From positions 96,001 through 160,000 of the forward strand of contig JBIJBE010000002.1 in NCBI GenBank assembly GCA_044345405.1: a stretch of 64,000 nucleotides of DNA. The letters are read 5' to 3'. Below the pieces are notes generated by a model, which saw nothing but the letters and a program-made list of their open reading frames with translations, was not told where the DNA came from and did no database searches. The DNA comes from Bdellovibrionota bacterium (GTDB lineage Bacteria > Bdellovibrionota_C > UBA2361 > OMII01). Below, in pieces: positions 9,629 to 20,276 of the stretch (positions within the stretch are counted from its first letter, which is position 1; each line of letters starts with the position of its first letter). Both the position numbers and the translations under genes were made by a program.

Positions 9629-10312
9629 ATGCGGGTCACTCTCACTTACTCTCTTGCGCTTATCGTTACCTTGGTATGGCAGACCTGTTTTTCATCACAT
9701 TCCGCGAGCGCCGATGAGCCACACACCCCAACGGCGCCGTTGACGTCGGAGTGCGCCCTAGGCGTCCCGTTGCGCGTGCCCATCACTGCCGAATTTGAGC
9801 GCCTCAAGAGCGAGACACCCTCTGTTTTATGCGTTTTTCGCCATAAAACGAGCGGTTTCCCAACCCTTAACATCGTTGAGGAGGTGGGGGTGGATGGCAG
9901 CAACCCTCCCAGCCTTGAGGAGTATCAGCAGGGCGTTGCGCAGGGATACCGAGCGGTAGGCTTGTCCGACGCCACCCTCTCGGATTCCATGGTCGGTGAG
10001 AGTCACGGACTCCCGTTCTTTACCACCGAGGTTACCTTTTCAAACAAGGGAACCCCGATGGTCGCGAGGATCCTCGTCGTGCAGTACCATGACATAACGT
10101 ATACGGCGAGCGCGATCGCGGAGGCTAAGCCTCTTGAGGCTGGGCGAGCAAGCATCGCCCCCCTCATCGAAGGGATAGAGGTGGACGGAAACCTCGTACA
10201 AAATACCCGCGGCACCGTGAACCCCTGGACCCTACTCGGAGCGACCCTGGCGGCTCTCCTCTTGGTGTACGTAGGATTTCGAAGTGCTCGGCCGCGCCTA
10301 GCCAGGAAGTAG
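9629..10312 (+). CDS. exported, C-terminally membrane-anchored hypothetical protein
   Basis: Signal peptide; C-terminal TM (WTLLGATLAALLLVYVGF) followed by a basic tail. Confidence 0.65.
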   Translation: MRVTLTYSLALIVTLVWQTCFSSHSASADEPHTPTAPLTSECALGVPLRVPITAEFERLKSETPSVLCVFRHKTSGFPTLNIVEEVGVDGSNPPSLEEYQQGVAQGYRAVGLSDATLSDSMVGESHGLPFFTTEVTFSNKGTPMVARILVVQYHDITYTASAIAEAKPLEAGRASIAPLIEGIEVDGNLVQNTRGTVNPWTLLGATLAALLLVYVGFRSARPRLARK

Positions 10313-10314
10313 CT

Positions 10315-11256
10315 CTAAGCGTTCAGGGACCACGCCAGAACCGCCTTAGCCACATGGAGACGACTCTCGGCCTGGTCAAACACCACTGATTGCGGCCCAT
10401 CCATAACCTCATCCGTTACCTCCTCTCCGCGATGCGCGGGGAGACAGTGCATGAACTTCACATGAGCCGGAGCTTTCGCCATGAGTGCTCCATCGACCTG
10501 ATACCCAGCAAAGGCCGCGACGCGTTGAGCGTGCTCATGCTCCTGCCCCATCGAGACGAAGGTATCGGTGTACACGATATCGGCGTCAGCAACCGCCTCA
10601 ACGGGGCTCGTGATAAACTCAATAGACTGCCCTTTTGATACCCGCAGCGCGTTGGCGACCTTTTGCTGCTCCTCAGGAACTTCATACCCTCGGGGACTCG
10701 CCACAACCACGTGATGTCCCCGCATTGCGCATGCCTGGACCAGCGAGGTGGCCACGTTGTTACCATCCCCAACGTAAGCGACCTTAAGCTCCTTCGAGCC
10801 CCGTGGAGCCAATCGCTCCATCGTTAGCACATCAGCGATCGCCTGACACGGATGGTGCTGATCACACAAAGCGTTAAGGATCGGAACTCGAATGACCGAC
10901 CGAAGGGTTGAGATGGTGGCGTGATTGTATACACGAGCTACGATGATGTCGCAGAACCGCTCAAGGTTCCGACCGATGTCCGGGATCGACTCCCTCCCCG
11001 ACTGATTCGCCCCGCTGGCGAAGATCTGACCACTCGAAAGGAATACCGGATGACCGCCGAGCGACACCGTCGCAACCTCAAAGCTCACCTTGGTGCGCAG
11101 CGATGGCTTCTCAAACACAAGGGCAACGAAGCGACCAGTGAGGGGCTTATCTCCCGGATCGCCGTTTACCCGCTCCACGCGATACCGCTCAGCCAAGTCG
11201 ACGATAGCGTTAAGGTTATCAACTGAGAGGTCGGCGATCTTGGTTAGGCTTCTCAT
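10315..11256 (-). CDS. argF: ornithine carbamoyltransferase
   Basis: FEKPSLRT, HPCQAIAD, VGDGNNVA, DTFVSMG, FMHCLPAHRGEEV. Confidence 0.92.
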   Translation of the reverse strand: MRSLTKIADLSVDNLNAIVDLAERYRVERVNGDPGDKPLTGRFVALVFEKPSLRTKVSFEVATVSLGGHPVFLSSGQIFASGANQSGRESIPDIGRNLERFCDIIVARVYNHATISTLRSVIRVPILNALCDQHHPCQAIADVLTMERLAPRGSKELKVAYVGDGNNVATSLVQACAMRGHHVVVASPRGYEVPEEQQKVANALRVSKGQSIEFITSPVEAVADADIVYTDTFVSMGQEHEHAQRVAAFAGYQVDGALMAKAPAHVKFMHCLPAHRGEEVTDEVMDGPQSVVFDQAESRLHVAKAVLAWSLNA

Positions 11257-11359
11257 AGTCCTCCGGGAAACGGGCCAGACACCACGATACCTGTAAAAGA
11301 TTGGGTGACAATGGAATTTTTAGTGAGGATTCAGAAAGGAGACAGCGCCCCCTGCCCCC

Positions 11360-11452
11360 GGAGGGCGCTCATTCCTGAGCGCCACTTCACTGCGTTCGGC
11401 AAAGTTCGCTTGCGACCTGCGGTATTCCGGCGACCAGGAATGGTCGCCCTCC
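11360..11452. repeat. REP doublet (REPIN-like), copy 2, inverted relative to copy 1
   Basis: GGAGGGCGCTCATTCCTGAGCGCC ... GGCGACCAGGAATGGTCGCCCTCC, also 93 bp. Confidence 0.8.
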
Positions 11453-11481
11453 CGAGGCGCGAGTTTGGGGGAATGCGGCAC

Positions 11482-12183
11482 CTAAGCCGCCACCGACCTA
11501 AGAAACGGCTCTAATCCAGTAGCTCCGCCAACAAATCCGGTCAGCGTCTCAACAGCCCGCTCAGGATGCGGCATGAGGCCAACCACATTCCCCTCTTTGT
11601 TGCACACGCCAGCGATAGCGTTGCACGAGCCGTTCACGTTCGACGAGCGGTCAGCTGCGGCGACAACGCCCGCGGCATCGCTGTACCGGAACACCACCTG
11701 CCCATTCGCCTCAAGTTCAGCGAGGGTAGCCGGATCCGCGTAGTAGTTCCCCTGAAAATGAGCGATCGGGCAGGTAATCACCTTCCCCGCTTCCATCCCA
11801 CTCGTAAAGAACCCTACCGACTTTTCGGTTTTGATATGAACGAACCGTGAGAGGAACCGCTGCCCAACGTTCTCAAGGAGCGCCCCCGGAAGGAGCCCAG
11901 ACTCGCACAGGATCTGAAACCCGTTACAGATACCAAGTACCTTTCCACCACGACCAGCGAACTCCTTCACCGCCTGCATCACCGGCGAGAGCTTTGCGAG
12001 CGCTCCGGTGCGAAGGTAATCCCCGTACGAAAACCCACCGGGCAGCACCACGAGGTCAGCCTTCTGCAGATCGGTATCCCGATGCCACACCGGAAACGCC
12101 TCGGCGTTAAGAAGCTTACCGAAGACGTGCACCACGTCCTGGTCACAATTCGTACCTGGGAAGACGACGACAGCGACTCGCAC
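11482..12183 (-). CDS. purQ: phosphoribosylformylglycinamidine synthase subunit PurQ
   Basis: FPGTNCD, LPGGFSYGDYLR, GICNGFQ, GLMPHPER. Confidence 0.96.
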   Translation of the reverse strand: MRVAVVVFPGTNCDQDVVHVFGKLLNAEAFPVWHRDTDLQKADLVVLPGGFSYGDYLRTGALAKLSPVMQAVKEFAGRGGKVLGICNGFQILCESGLLPGALLENVGQRFLSRFVHIKTEKSVGFFTSGMEAGKVITCPIAHFQGNYYADPATLAELEANGQVVFRYSDAAGVVAAADRSSNVNGSCNAIAGVCNKEGNVVGLMPHPERAVETLTGFVGGATGLEPFLRSVAA

Positions 12184-12422
12184 TAGGCCTCCTTGATTTC
12201 GTACTGCTCGATAACTGGGTTAGCGAGGAGGAGCTTACATACCTCTTCAACTTGGGCGCGAGCCTCAGTCGCTGAAACCCCATCAACATCGAGCTCGATC
12301 ACACGACCGACCCGAATGTTTTTGAAGGCGTTAAATTTCTTGTCTTTGAGTCCGGTCTCTATCGCCTTCCCCTGAACATCGAGAACGCCACCTTTGAGTC
12401 GAACGAGCACCTGAAATCGCAT
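12183..12422 (-). CDS. purS: phosphoribosylformylglycinamidine synthase subunit PurS
   Basis: VLDVQGKAI and LLANPVIEQY; 79 aa, immediately upstream of purQ. Confidence 0.95.
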   Translation of the reverse strand: MRFQVLVRLKGGVLDVQGKAIETGLKDKKFNAFKNIRVGRVIELDVDGVSATEARAQVEEVCKLLLANPVIEQYEIKEA

Positions 12423-12443
12423 AGCACCATCTCCCTTCGTATC

Positions 12444-13736
12444 TTACACCAACGCCCTGTCGACGATCCTATCAACTTCCTTCAGATGTCGCGCCAAACT
12501 GAACACCTCGCCGATCTCTCCCTTGGTCATTACCTTGGACACAGCCGGATCCGCGATAACCCGCTCCTGAAGTGGAGCGCCACCATCAAAGGCCGCAAGC
12601 GCGTGTTGCTGCACGAGCTTGTAGGCGTCCTCTCGGCTCATCCCCTTATCAACGAGCGCAAGCAACAGATGCCCAGAGAACACCGTGCCCCGTGTGAGCT
12701 CAAGGTTCTCCATCATCTTCTCAGGGAACACCACGAGGTTCTTTACAACACCCGTGAATCGCCGAAGCATGAAATCAAGCGCGATCGTCGCGTCTGGAAC
12801 AGCAACACGCTCTACCGACGAGTGGCTAATATCACGCTCATGCCACAGAGCTACGTTCTCAAAGCACGCCTGCGCGTAGGAACGAACGAGACGCGCGAGA
12901 CCACACAGGTTCTCGGTCAAAATCGGATTACGCTTATGCGGCATCGCGGACGACCCCTTCTGTCCCGGAGTGAACCCCTCCATCGCCTCACGCACCTCGG
13001 TGCGTTGCAGGTGTCGAATCTCAACCGAGAAGCGCTCAATAGAGCCAGCGATACCAGCGAGGCACGCCATGTAGTTCGCGTGACGATCGCGAGAGACAAC
13101 TTGGGTTGCAACCGTCTCACCGGCAAGCTCAAGCTTCTCCATCACGAGCGCCTCAACACTCGGGTCGATCCCAGCGTAGGTACCGACCGCTCCAGAGAGC
13201 TTTCCAACCGAGATATCCTCGATTGCGAGATCAAGTCGCTTGAGGTGACGCTTCATCTCAGCGTACCACCCGGCGAGCTTAATGCCGAAGGTGGTCGGCT
13301 CAGCGTGAATACCGTGCGAGCGACCGATCGTTGGAACGTGCGCAAACTCACGGGCTCGCTCCTTGAGCGTTCCCATCAATCCCTCTACATCCTTTTTGAT
13401 GAGCAGACCTGCTCGTCGCATCTGCACCGCAAGGCAGGTATCAACGACATCACTCGAGGTCATTCCCCGATGCACGTATCGTGAGAGCGGCCCAACGTAC
13501 TCAGCCACGTTCGTCAGGAACGCGATCACGTCGTGCTTAACCTCCTTCTCGATCTCGAGCACTCGCTCGGATGAGAACTTCGCTTTCTCGTTGTATGCCT
13601 GAAGCGCCTCAGCCGGAGCCTTGCCGACCTTTACGAGACCTTCTAACGCGTAACGCTCGATATCGAGCCAGATCTGATAGCGGGCATCATCTGTCCAAAG
13701 CGCCGCCATCTCGGGGTGGGTGTAACGTTCAATCAT
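12444..13736 (-). CDS. purB: adenylosuccinate lyase
   Basis: MIERY, KHDVIAF, GMTSSDVVDT, GRSHGIHAEPTTFG, GSSAMPHKRNP, HERDISHSSVER. Confidence 0.97.
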   Translation of the reverse strand: MIERYTHPEMAALWTDDARYQIWLDIERYALEGLVKVGKAPAEALQAYNEKAKFSSERVLEIEKEVKHDVIAFLTNVAEYVGPLSRYVHRGMTSSDVVDTCLAVQMRRAGLLIKKDVEGLMGTLKERAREFAHVPTIGRSHGIHAEPTTFGIKLAGWYAEMKRHLKRLDLAIEDISVGKLSGAVGTYAGIDPSVEALVMEKLELAGETVATQVVSRDRHANYMACLAGIAGSIERFSVEIRHLQRTEVREAMEGFTPGQKGSSAMPHKRNPILTENLCGLARLVRSYAQACFENVALWHERDISHSSVERVAVPDATIALDFMLRRFTGVVKNLVVFPEKMMENLELTRGTVFSGHLLLALVDKGMSREDAYKLVQQHALAAFDGGAPLQERVIADPAVSKVMTKGEIGEVFSLARHLKEVDRIVDRALV

Positions 13737-14539
13737 GCTGCGATAATTACCCTGCCTTGGTGTGGTTCATCAAGGCAAAGGCTCGGTAAACTCTCGTAAA
13801 CATTTCCGCACAGAAGGGTTCTTAAGCCCTGGCTCCGGTCGGTACACCGTTCCAGATAGCGGCGCATGCACTCAAGCGCGAGGGTCGGGGTGTTACTGTT
13901 CTCACTTAAGTGCCCCAAAACGATGTGGAAGAGCTCGGGATGCATAATATCCTCGATGAGCTGTCCGGCGGCCTCGTTGCACAGATGCCCGTGGGTCGAG
14001 GAGATCCGCTGCTTGAGCTCCCAGGTGTAGCTACACCCTTGAAGCATCTCCTGGTCGTGATTCGATTCGATGATAATCGCGTTTGAACCGCGAACGTGCT
14101 CCTGAACGAGGGTCGTAACACGCCCGAGATCGGTAACAACCGAGAGCTTCAGCCCCTCGGCTCGCAGCCCGAACCCAACGGGATCGACAGCGTCATGCGC
14201 GATGCTAAAGGGGGTGATATCAACTCCACCAATAGAGAAATCCTCTCCGGTTGTGAACACCTCCCGCCGCTTCGGCTTGGAGATGTACTCCATCGTGCCC
14301 TCATTCGCGTACACCGTCATACCGTACCGACGGCTCAAAGTGGGCACCCCATGAATGTGGTCGGAGTGTTCGTGCGTTACCAAGATCGAAGTGATCGTGG
14401 CAGGGTCGATACCGTGCTCGACAAGGCGCTCCTCGACTTTCTTTCCGGAGAGACCGCAGTCGATAAGGATCCGCTGTCCCGCCGCTTCGACGAAGGTACT
14501 GTTTGCTTTGCTGCCTGAGGAGAGAGAGATGAACCGCAC
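13733..14539 (-). CDS. MBL-fold metallo-hydrolase (YycJ/WalJ-like)
   Basis: SGSKAN, THEHSDH, ESNHD, GHL, GHLSENSN. Confidence 0.88.
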   Translation of the reverse strand: MRFISLSSGSKANSTFVEAAGQRILIDCGLSGKKVEERLVEHGIDPATITSILVTHEHSDHIHGVPTLSRRYGMTVYANEGTMEYISKPKRREVFTTGEDFSIGGVDITPFSIAHDAVDPVGFGLRAEGLKLSVVTDLGRVTTLVQEHVRGSNAIIIESNHDQEMLQGCSYTWELKQRISSTHGHLCNEAAGQLIEDIMHPELFHIVLGHLSENSNTPTLALECMRRYLERCTDRSQGLRTLLCGNVYESLPSLCLDEPHQGRVIIAA

Positions 14540-14582
14540 CCCTGGACTAAACCAAATTCAACTCAGGTAAACAAGGTTGTAG

Positions 14583-15716
14583 TTACCAAAAACGCTCCGA
14601 TAGACTTAAGATAATCTCACCCATAATCAGAACGATAATAACCCATTCAAGGGTCTCCGAACGCCGCTGGGCTGATTGATCCGAGAGCTTCTGGTAGATG
14701 CTGTCAAGCGTGTCGAGCTTACGACGGATGCTCGAGTGCCACTCAGGAAGATGGAATCGGCTTGAGGCGAGCGAATACACCCGGGCTAGATATTGGTCAC
14801 CCAAGAGCTTGAGCGCGTTCTCAACCGCCTCGTACAGGATAGCTGAGTCGACCTGCAGCCGAGCGACCTTGCGAAGGTCCGCCTCGCCCTTTTTACCTTT
14901 CGTCAACACATCATAAGCTCGTTCAAGGTACGCATCGAGCTGTTCATCAAGGAAGCGCATCTCAAGAAGCTCAACGTTACAGAAATCGAGCACCGCGACG
15001 ACGTCCTCAACGTTTGAGCCGAAGAAGAGCGAGCTGTTCCAGTCCATCACGGCGATATCAGAGTTACCGTATGAGGTCCGGATGCCGAGTGCGTCACGGA
15101 CCTCCTCGTCTCCAAGGTCTCCGCTCTCCGCGCGAAGAAGGCGCGCGAACTCAACCGGGAACGCGTCGAGGATGTCCTTCGCCTTAAGATCTCCCTCGAA
15201 TTCCTCGAAATGGAACACCGCGAAATCCTCGAACGTATCGCCGAGGCCCGGTCTCTGAATCGCATCCCTCGCCTGATCGACGAATTGCCGCACACGCTCG
15301 CGAGCGTCGGCCAGGAGAGCGGCGTTGTCGCAGAGAACCTCGCTCAATTCGATCAGGTGGCTGACCGGGCCGGATATATCGACAGCATAGGTAACAGAGC
15401 ACGCTCCGAAATCGAACACCGTGAGTTCAGCCTGGGGCTTGGTGAAGAACTTGGCGACGTTCAACTGCTGACACCCCTGGGAGATTCGTAGAGGGGGCGG
15501 ATCGTAATCGAAATACTTAGGGGACCGACGATTACGTCGGAACCGGGTTCTCTCGACCCCACCCTCTTTAATGCTCTCCGCGGCCTTATCAAGGTTGACG
15601 GACATTCCCAATTCGAACGCGAACATGACGTAGCACGTGCCCCGCTTTAGGTGAGGCACAAGCGGTCGAATGACCGTGCGAATCGGGGGCACGTCACGAG
15701 ATTCTTTGGTACTCAC
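14583..15716 (-). CDS. conserved hypothetical protein, RMD1/DUF155-like C-terminus
   Basis: GDQYLARVY...LDSIYQKLSDQ...LEWVIIVLI with a terminal TM. Confidence 0.7.
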   Translation of the reverse strand: MSTKESRDVPPIRTVIRPLVPHLKRGTCYVMFAFELGMSVNLDKAAESIKEGGVERTRFRRNRRSPKYFDYDPPPLRISQGCQQLNVAKFFTKPQAELTVFDFGACSVTYAVDISGPVSHLIELSEVLCDNAALLADARERVRQFVDQARDAIQRPGLGDTFEDFAVFHFEEFEGDLKAKDILDAFPVEFARLLRAESGDLGDEEVRDALGIRTSYGNSDIAVMDWNSSLFFGSNVEDVVAVLDFCNVELLEMRFLDEQLDAYLERAYDVLTKGKKGEADLRKVARLQVDSAILYEAVENALKLLGDQYLARVYSLASSRFHLPEWHSSIRRKLDTLDSIYQKLSDQSAQRRSETLEWVIIVLIMGEIILSLSERFW

Positions 15717-15908
15717 AAAACTCTCCTAGTTTTCCGTATGATTTCGGCTCATTTGATAGCTTTTTACAACGCCGAACAGTCCCCCAAGTATACCCAAAAA
15801 CACCCCCTCAAGCGAACCTGAAACTAGCTAAGTGAGGGTTATCTTTTACATTGATTCTAAGTATTTAGCCGATTGACGGCCGATACGGTGTTCTCTAATC
15901 TGCTAACT

Positions 15909-17513
15909 ATGCAGATAGGCTCTCGACCCCCTGTAACCCCCTCCTTTGAGGCCAACACCAAGGCCTTCGAAGAGCATCTTCAACGGTTGATCACTGAGCG
16001 AACAAGCTCCCGCCCACTTCCGACCGATCCGGCCTATAAGAAACACTGCGACCGTGGAAAGCTCTTCGTGCGTCAACGGATCGAAGCGCTCATTGATCCG
16101 GGCACAACCTTCCTCGAGGTAGCTCAGCTCGCCGGCGCCGGCCTCTACGATGGCGTGCGACCGGGCTCAGGGATGATTACCGGTATTGGCATCGTTGAAG
16201 GCACACCCTGCATGATCATCGCCAACGACGCCACGGTGAAGGGGGGCACCTACTTCCCGATGACGGTTAAGAAACACCTCAGGGCGCAAGAGATAGCGCT
16301 CGAGAACAAACTCCCCTGTATCTACCTCGTCGACTCCGGAGGGGCCTTCCTTCCCCTCCAGGACCAGGTATTCCCCGACCGAGAGCACTTTGGCCGCCTC
16401 TTCTTCAATCAGGCACAGATGAGCGCTCGAGGGATTCCACAGATTGCGGTGGTCATGGGTTCCTGCACCGCCGGAGGTGCCTACGTCCCCGCGATGAGCG
16501 ATGAAGCGATCATCGTTCGCAACCAAGGGATGATCTTCCTCGGAGGCCCACCCCTTGTGAAGGCCGCGACCGGACAGGAGGTCACCGCCGAGGAACTTGG
16601 CGGAGGAGATGTCCACTCCCGCATCAGCGGCGTTACCGATCACCTCGCTGAGTCTGACGCTGAGGCGCTCCTCATGGCGAGAAAGAGTGTCGCGACCCTT
16701 GCGAACATCACGCCGAAGCGACTTACGAGATCCACACCACTCCCTCCGCGCTTCGACGCCAACGAGATCCCCGGCCTCATACCGGCAGATCCGAAGCAGT
16801 ACTTCCCAATCCGCGAGATCATCGCCCGCATCATCGATGATAGCGAGCTCGATGAGTTCAAGGCGAACTACGGCGAGACGATCATCTGCGGCTTCGCTCG
16901 GATCGATGGGTACACCGTTGGCGTTATCGCGAACGACGGGATCCTCTTCTCAGAGAGCGCACTCAAAGCGGCCCACTTCATCCAGCTGTGCGAGCAGCGC
17001 CGCGTTCCCCTCGTATTCTTCCAGAACATCGTCGGCTTCATGGTCGGGAAGGAGTACGAGCACAAAGGGATCGCAAAAGACGGAGCAAAGCTCGTCACCG
17101 CGGTCGCCTGCGCATCCGTTCCAAAGTACACCGTAATAGTCGGCAACTCGTACGGCGCCGGCAACTACGCCATGTGCGGACGGGCATACCAACCACGTTT
17201 CCTCTGGAGCTGGCCACAATCGCGCATCGGCGTTATGGGGCCAGACCAAGCGGCAGGCGTTCTTACACAGGTAAAACGTGACAGCGCAGCAGGTCGTGGA
17301 GAGACCGTCGATGAAGCGGCGCTCGCGGCCTATCACGAAAAGATAAAGGCGAACTACCAAGAGCAAACGACTGCGCTCTTTGCGACCGCTCGCCTCTGGG
17401 ATGACGGTATCATCACACCGAACGAGACACGCAGTGCCCTTTCGCTCGCGCTTTCCCTTGCGGATCTCGACACCCCGCAAGAGCACCGCGTATTCGGCAC
17501 CTTTAGGATGTAG
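15909..17513 (+). CDS. acyl-CoA carboxylase carboxyltransferase subunit (methylcrotonyl-CoA carboxylase beta-like)
   Basis: [64 protein letters not shown]; TTG at 15873 is an alternative start. Confidence 0.92.
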   Translation: MQIGSRPPVTPSFEANTKAFEEHLQRLITERTSSRPLPTDPAYKKHCDRGKLFVRQRIEALIDPGTTFLEVAQLAGAGLYDGVRPGSGMITGIGIVEGTPCMIIANDATVKGGTYFPMTVKKHLRAQEIALENKLPCIYLVDSGGAFLPLQDQVFPDREHFGRLFFNQAQMSARGIPQIAVVMGSCTAGGAYVPAMSDEAIIVRNQGMIFLGGPPLVKAATGQEVTAEELGGGDVHSRISGVTDHLAESDAEALLMARKSVATLANITPKRLTRSTPLPPRFDANEIPGLIPADPKQYFPIREIIARIIDDSELDEFKANYGETIICGFARIDGYTVGVIANDGILFSESALKAAHFIQLCEQRRVPLVFFQNIVGFMVGKEYEHKGIAKDGAKLVTAVACASVPKYTVIVGNSYGAGNYAMCGRAYQPRFLWSWPQSRIGVMGPDQAAGVLTQVKRDSAAGRGETVDEAALAAYHEKIKANYQEQTTALFATARLWDDGIITPNETRSALSLALSLADLDTPQEHRVFGTFRM

Positions 17514-17523
17514 GTAACGCCTC

Positions 17524-19542
17524 ATGGCTGATACGCGGGCAATCACTAGGGTCCTGATCGCAAATCGCGGCGAGATCGCGCGAAGGATCGTTCGCACCTG
17601 CACTCGTCTTGGAATCGAGACCGTCGCGGTGTACACCGATGTCGACGCTCATGCGCCGCATGTTCGTGAAGCGACCTTTTCTGAAGCTCTCGGCACACCA
17701 GAGTCATACCTCTCGATTGAGAAGATCCTCGAAGCAGCGAAGCGCTCCAAGGCCGATAGCGTCCACCCCGGTTACGGCTTCCTCTCCGAGAACCCCGACT
17801 TCGCCGCCGCCGTGCGAGACACCGGACTCACCTGGATCGGCCCTACAAGCGAAACAATCCGGAAGCTCGGAAGCAAGACCGCGGCGAAAGAGTTGGCTCG
17901 CCAGGCAAACGCCCCAACATCTCCAACACTCATTCTCCCCCCTGGCTCCACCGCCGACCGCGCGAGCGCCATAGCGAAATTCGGCGAGTCCGTTGGGTTC
18001 CCACTAATCTTAAAAGCGGCAGCGGGAGGTGGAGGTCGCGGCATGCGCTTCATCAATCCCGAGAGCGACATCGCCATGGAGCTCGACAGCGCGCAGCGAG
18101 AATCGCTCAAAGCGTTCGGAAGCGATGAGGTCTTCGTTGAGAAGTGCATCACCCCCGCTCGGCACATCGAGGTGCAGATCGTAGGTGACACACACGGGAA
18201 CGTGGTGGCACTGGGGACTCGCGATTGCTCGCTGCAACGAAGTAATCAAAAGATCATCGAGGAGGCACCGGCCGTACATCTCGCACCGGGAAGCGAAGCG
18301 AAACTCCTTGAGGCGGCGACGAACCTCGCTCGCGCGGCCGGATACACAAGCCTCGGCACCGTTGAGTTCCTCTACGGGCAAGATGGGTCACCCTATTTTC
18401 TTGAGGTAAACACACGACTTCAGGTTGAGCATCCCGTCACAGAACTCGTCACTGGGCTCGACCTCGTGGAGCTTCAGCTCCGCATCGCAGCCGGCGAGAC
18501 CCTCGCGGCGTGCGGCGTCACCCACACACCGGAACCACAGGGGCACGCCATCGAGGCGCGATGGTGCGCTGAGGAGTTCACCGACCGATTCACCACAGCG
18601 ACCGGCATCGTGCTCGATATCGAGGTACCGCAGCCAGCGGCCCGCGGCACGATGGTGCGTGTCGATAGGGGCGTTGAGCCGTGCTCGGAGGTTACCCACT
18701 ACTACGATTCACTCATCGGGAAAGTTATTGTCTACGCCCCCTCACGAGATCGCGCGATTGAGGCGCTCGATGACGTGCTCTCACGTTCCCGACTCAGTGG
18801 CGTTCGAAACAATCGCAACCTCCTCTTGCATCTCCTTCGAACGCCAGAGTTTAAGGCGCTTCAGCACACCGTACAGGGAACGAAGCTCCTGCTCCCTTCA
18901 AGTGAGCAAAACTCAGCGATCGTTCGTGAGGCGCACGTTATCGCGGCGGCGGTTCGATGCGCGACACCAAACTCCGCGTGGGCGTCGCAGGGACCATGGT
19001 CCTCGACGACAGCGCCCGATGCACACATCTCCTATCCATGGACAACGAGCGAGCACGGGAACGCTCTCTCAAGCACAACGAGACAAGACGGAAATTCATT
19101 CGTCGTGTCGGTAGACGGGCATTCCGAAACCATTACTTTCACGGAAGGGCCATTCCTGAACGGACTCGGCACCACAGCGACCCTTTCTCTCAACGGAGGA
19201 GCACCAAGCTCCGTATCGCTCTACCGCGACGGAAATGACCTCTGGGTTCATTCGAACCGAGGAACGGTCGTGCTCCACCAACCAGCGATCGGCGAACGCT
19301 CAGGCGGTGCCGGTAGTAGCTCAGCAAACGAGATCCGCTCAACGATCCCCGGTAAGGTCGCCGCGGTTCTCGTCAAAGAGGGAGATACCGTCGAGCAAGG
19401 AGCTACCCTGCTCGTGCTTGACTCTATGAAGATGGAGCATCCGATTCGCGCGACGATGAATGGAAAGGTGGCAAGCTTGCCGCTGCAGGTCGGCACGATC
19501 GTACACGCGGGAGCCCTGCTCGTGTCGCTAGAACCACATTAA
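17524..19542 (+). CDS. biotin carboxylase / biotin carrier subunit (methylcrotonyl-CoA carboxylase alpha-like)
   Basis: LIANRGEIA, HPGYGFLSEN, GGGGRGMR, FLEVNTRLQVEHPVTE, C-terminal biotinyl domain with SMKME. Confidence 0.92.
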   Translation: MADTRAITRVLIANRGEIARRIVRTCTRLGIETVAVYTDVDAHAPHVREATFSEALGTPESYLSIEKILEAAKRSKADSVHPGYGFLSENPDFAAAVRDTGLTWIGPTSETIRKLGSKTAAKELARQANAPTSPTLILPPGSTADRASAIAKFGESVGFPLILKAAAGGGGRGMRFINPESDIAMELDSAQRESLKAFGSDEVFVEKCITPARHIEVQIVGDTHGNVVALGTRDCSLQRSNQKIIEEAPAVHLAPGSEAKLLEAATNLARAAGYTSLGTVEFLYGQDGSPYFLEVNTRLQVEHPVTELVTGLDLVELQLRIAAGETLAACGVTHTPEPQGHAIEARWCAEEFTDRFTTATGIVLDIEVPQPAARGTMVRVDRGVEPCSEVTHYYDSLIGKVIVYAPSRDRAIEALDDVLSRSRLSGVRNNRNLLLHLLRTPEFKALQHTVQGTKLLLPSSEQNSAIVREAHVIAAAVRCATPNSAWASQGPWSSTTAPDAHISYPWTTSEHGNALSSTTRQDGNSFVVSVDGHSETITFTEGPFLNGLGTTATLSLNGGAPSSVSLYRDGNDLWVHSNRGTVVLHQPAIGERSGGAGSSSANEIRSTIPGKVAAVLVKEGDTVEQGATLLVLDSMKMEHPIRATMNGKVASLPLQVGTIVHAGALLVSLEPH

Positions 19543-19563
19543 ACAACCTATGAATTGATAATT

Positions 19564-20209
19564 ATGAAGCTCGGAACAATCAGCATTGTACTCGTGCTCC
19601 CGGCTCTACTTGGTGCGCTTGCGTGGCATTCTTATGTTCTATTTCTCTATCGGGTTGCCTATCGGTTGGCTTGGGTTGAAGAGAATCTTATCCTCTCGGG
19701 AATCCTCGGTTGTACCTATCTCTTCCTAGGCCTCTGCGCCCTTGCACTCACGAGCTATTACGCGGTCCGCACAGCATCTAAGTGGCTAATCGTGAAGATG
19801 GGGCTGTCAGCACTACTCACACTATGCTCGGTCGCATCGTTTTTTGTAGGCGCGTACCTTGGCGAGCTCTGGGCCGTTACTGGCGCCAAATCATATTTGG
19901 ACGGCGTTGTTCGCTCCGCTAATGACTATCTGCAAAAAAAATGGGGAATATCCCGAGTCCTTAGATAAGCTCGACCTCCCTGCGATGCCGCGCTTAATAA
20001 TGGAATCAGCAGACAGCAACAAAAAGCAAGAGCACAAGTCTTTCACTGTGCCGTACCAACGAATTGATGGTCGATCAATCATAGTGGGCTTCGAATACAG
20101 GAAGGGTTTCAGCAACGACGACTGCGCAAGTTATAAATGGACCACAAATAACCCGAGGTGGGTGTGCACATGCCACGGCTGTCTTACCGACAATCCGAAT
20201 CGACGATAA
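19564..20209 (+). pseudogene. membrane hypothetical protein split by one extra base in an A8 tract
   Basis: ORF 19555-19968 (3 TMs) and ORF 19859-20209 join as ...ANDYLQKNGEYPESLDKL... if the A8 at 19934-19941 were A7. Confidence 0.65.
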
Positions 20210-20276
20210 GCTCTCTGGCAATAACCCCATCCCGGGATCTGGATTCAGGTTGCCTCGATAAACCGCGGCAAGGCGA

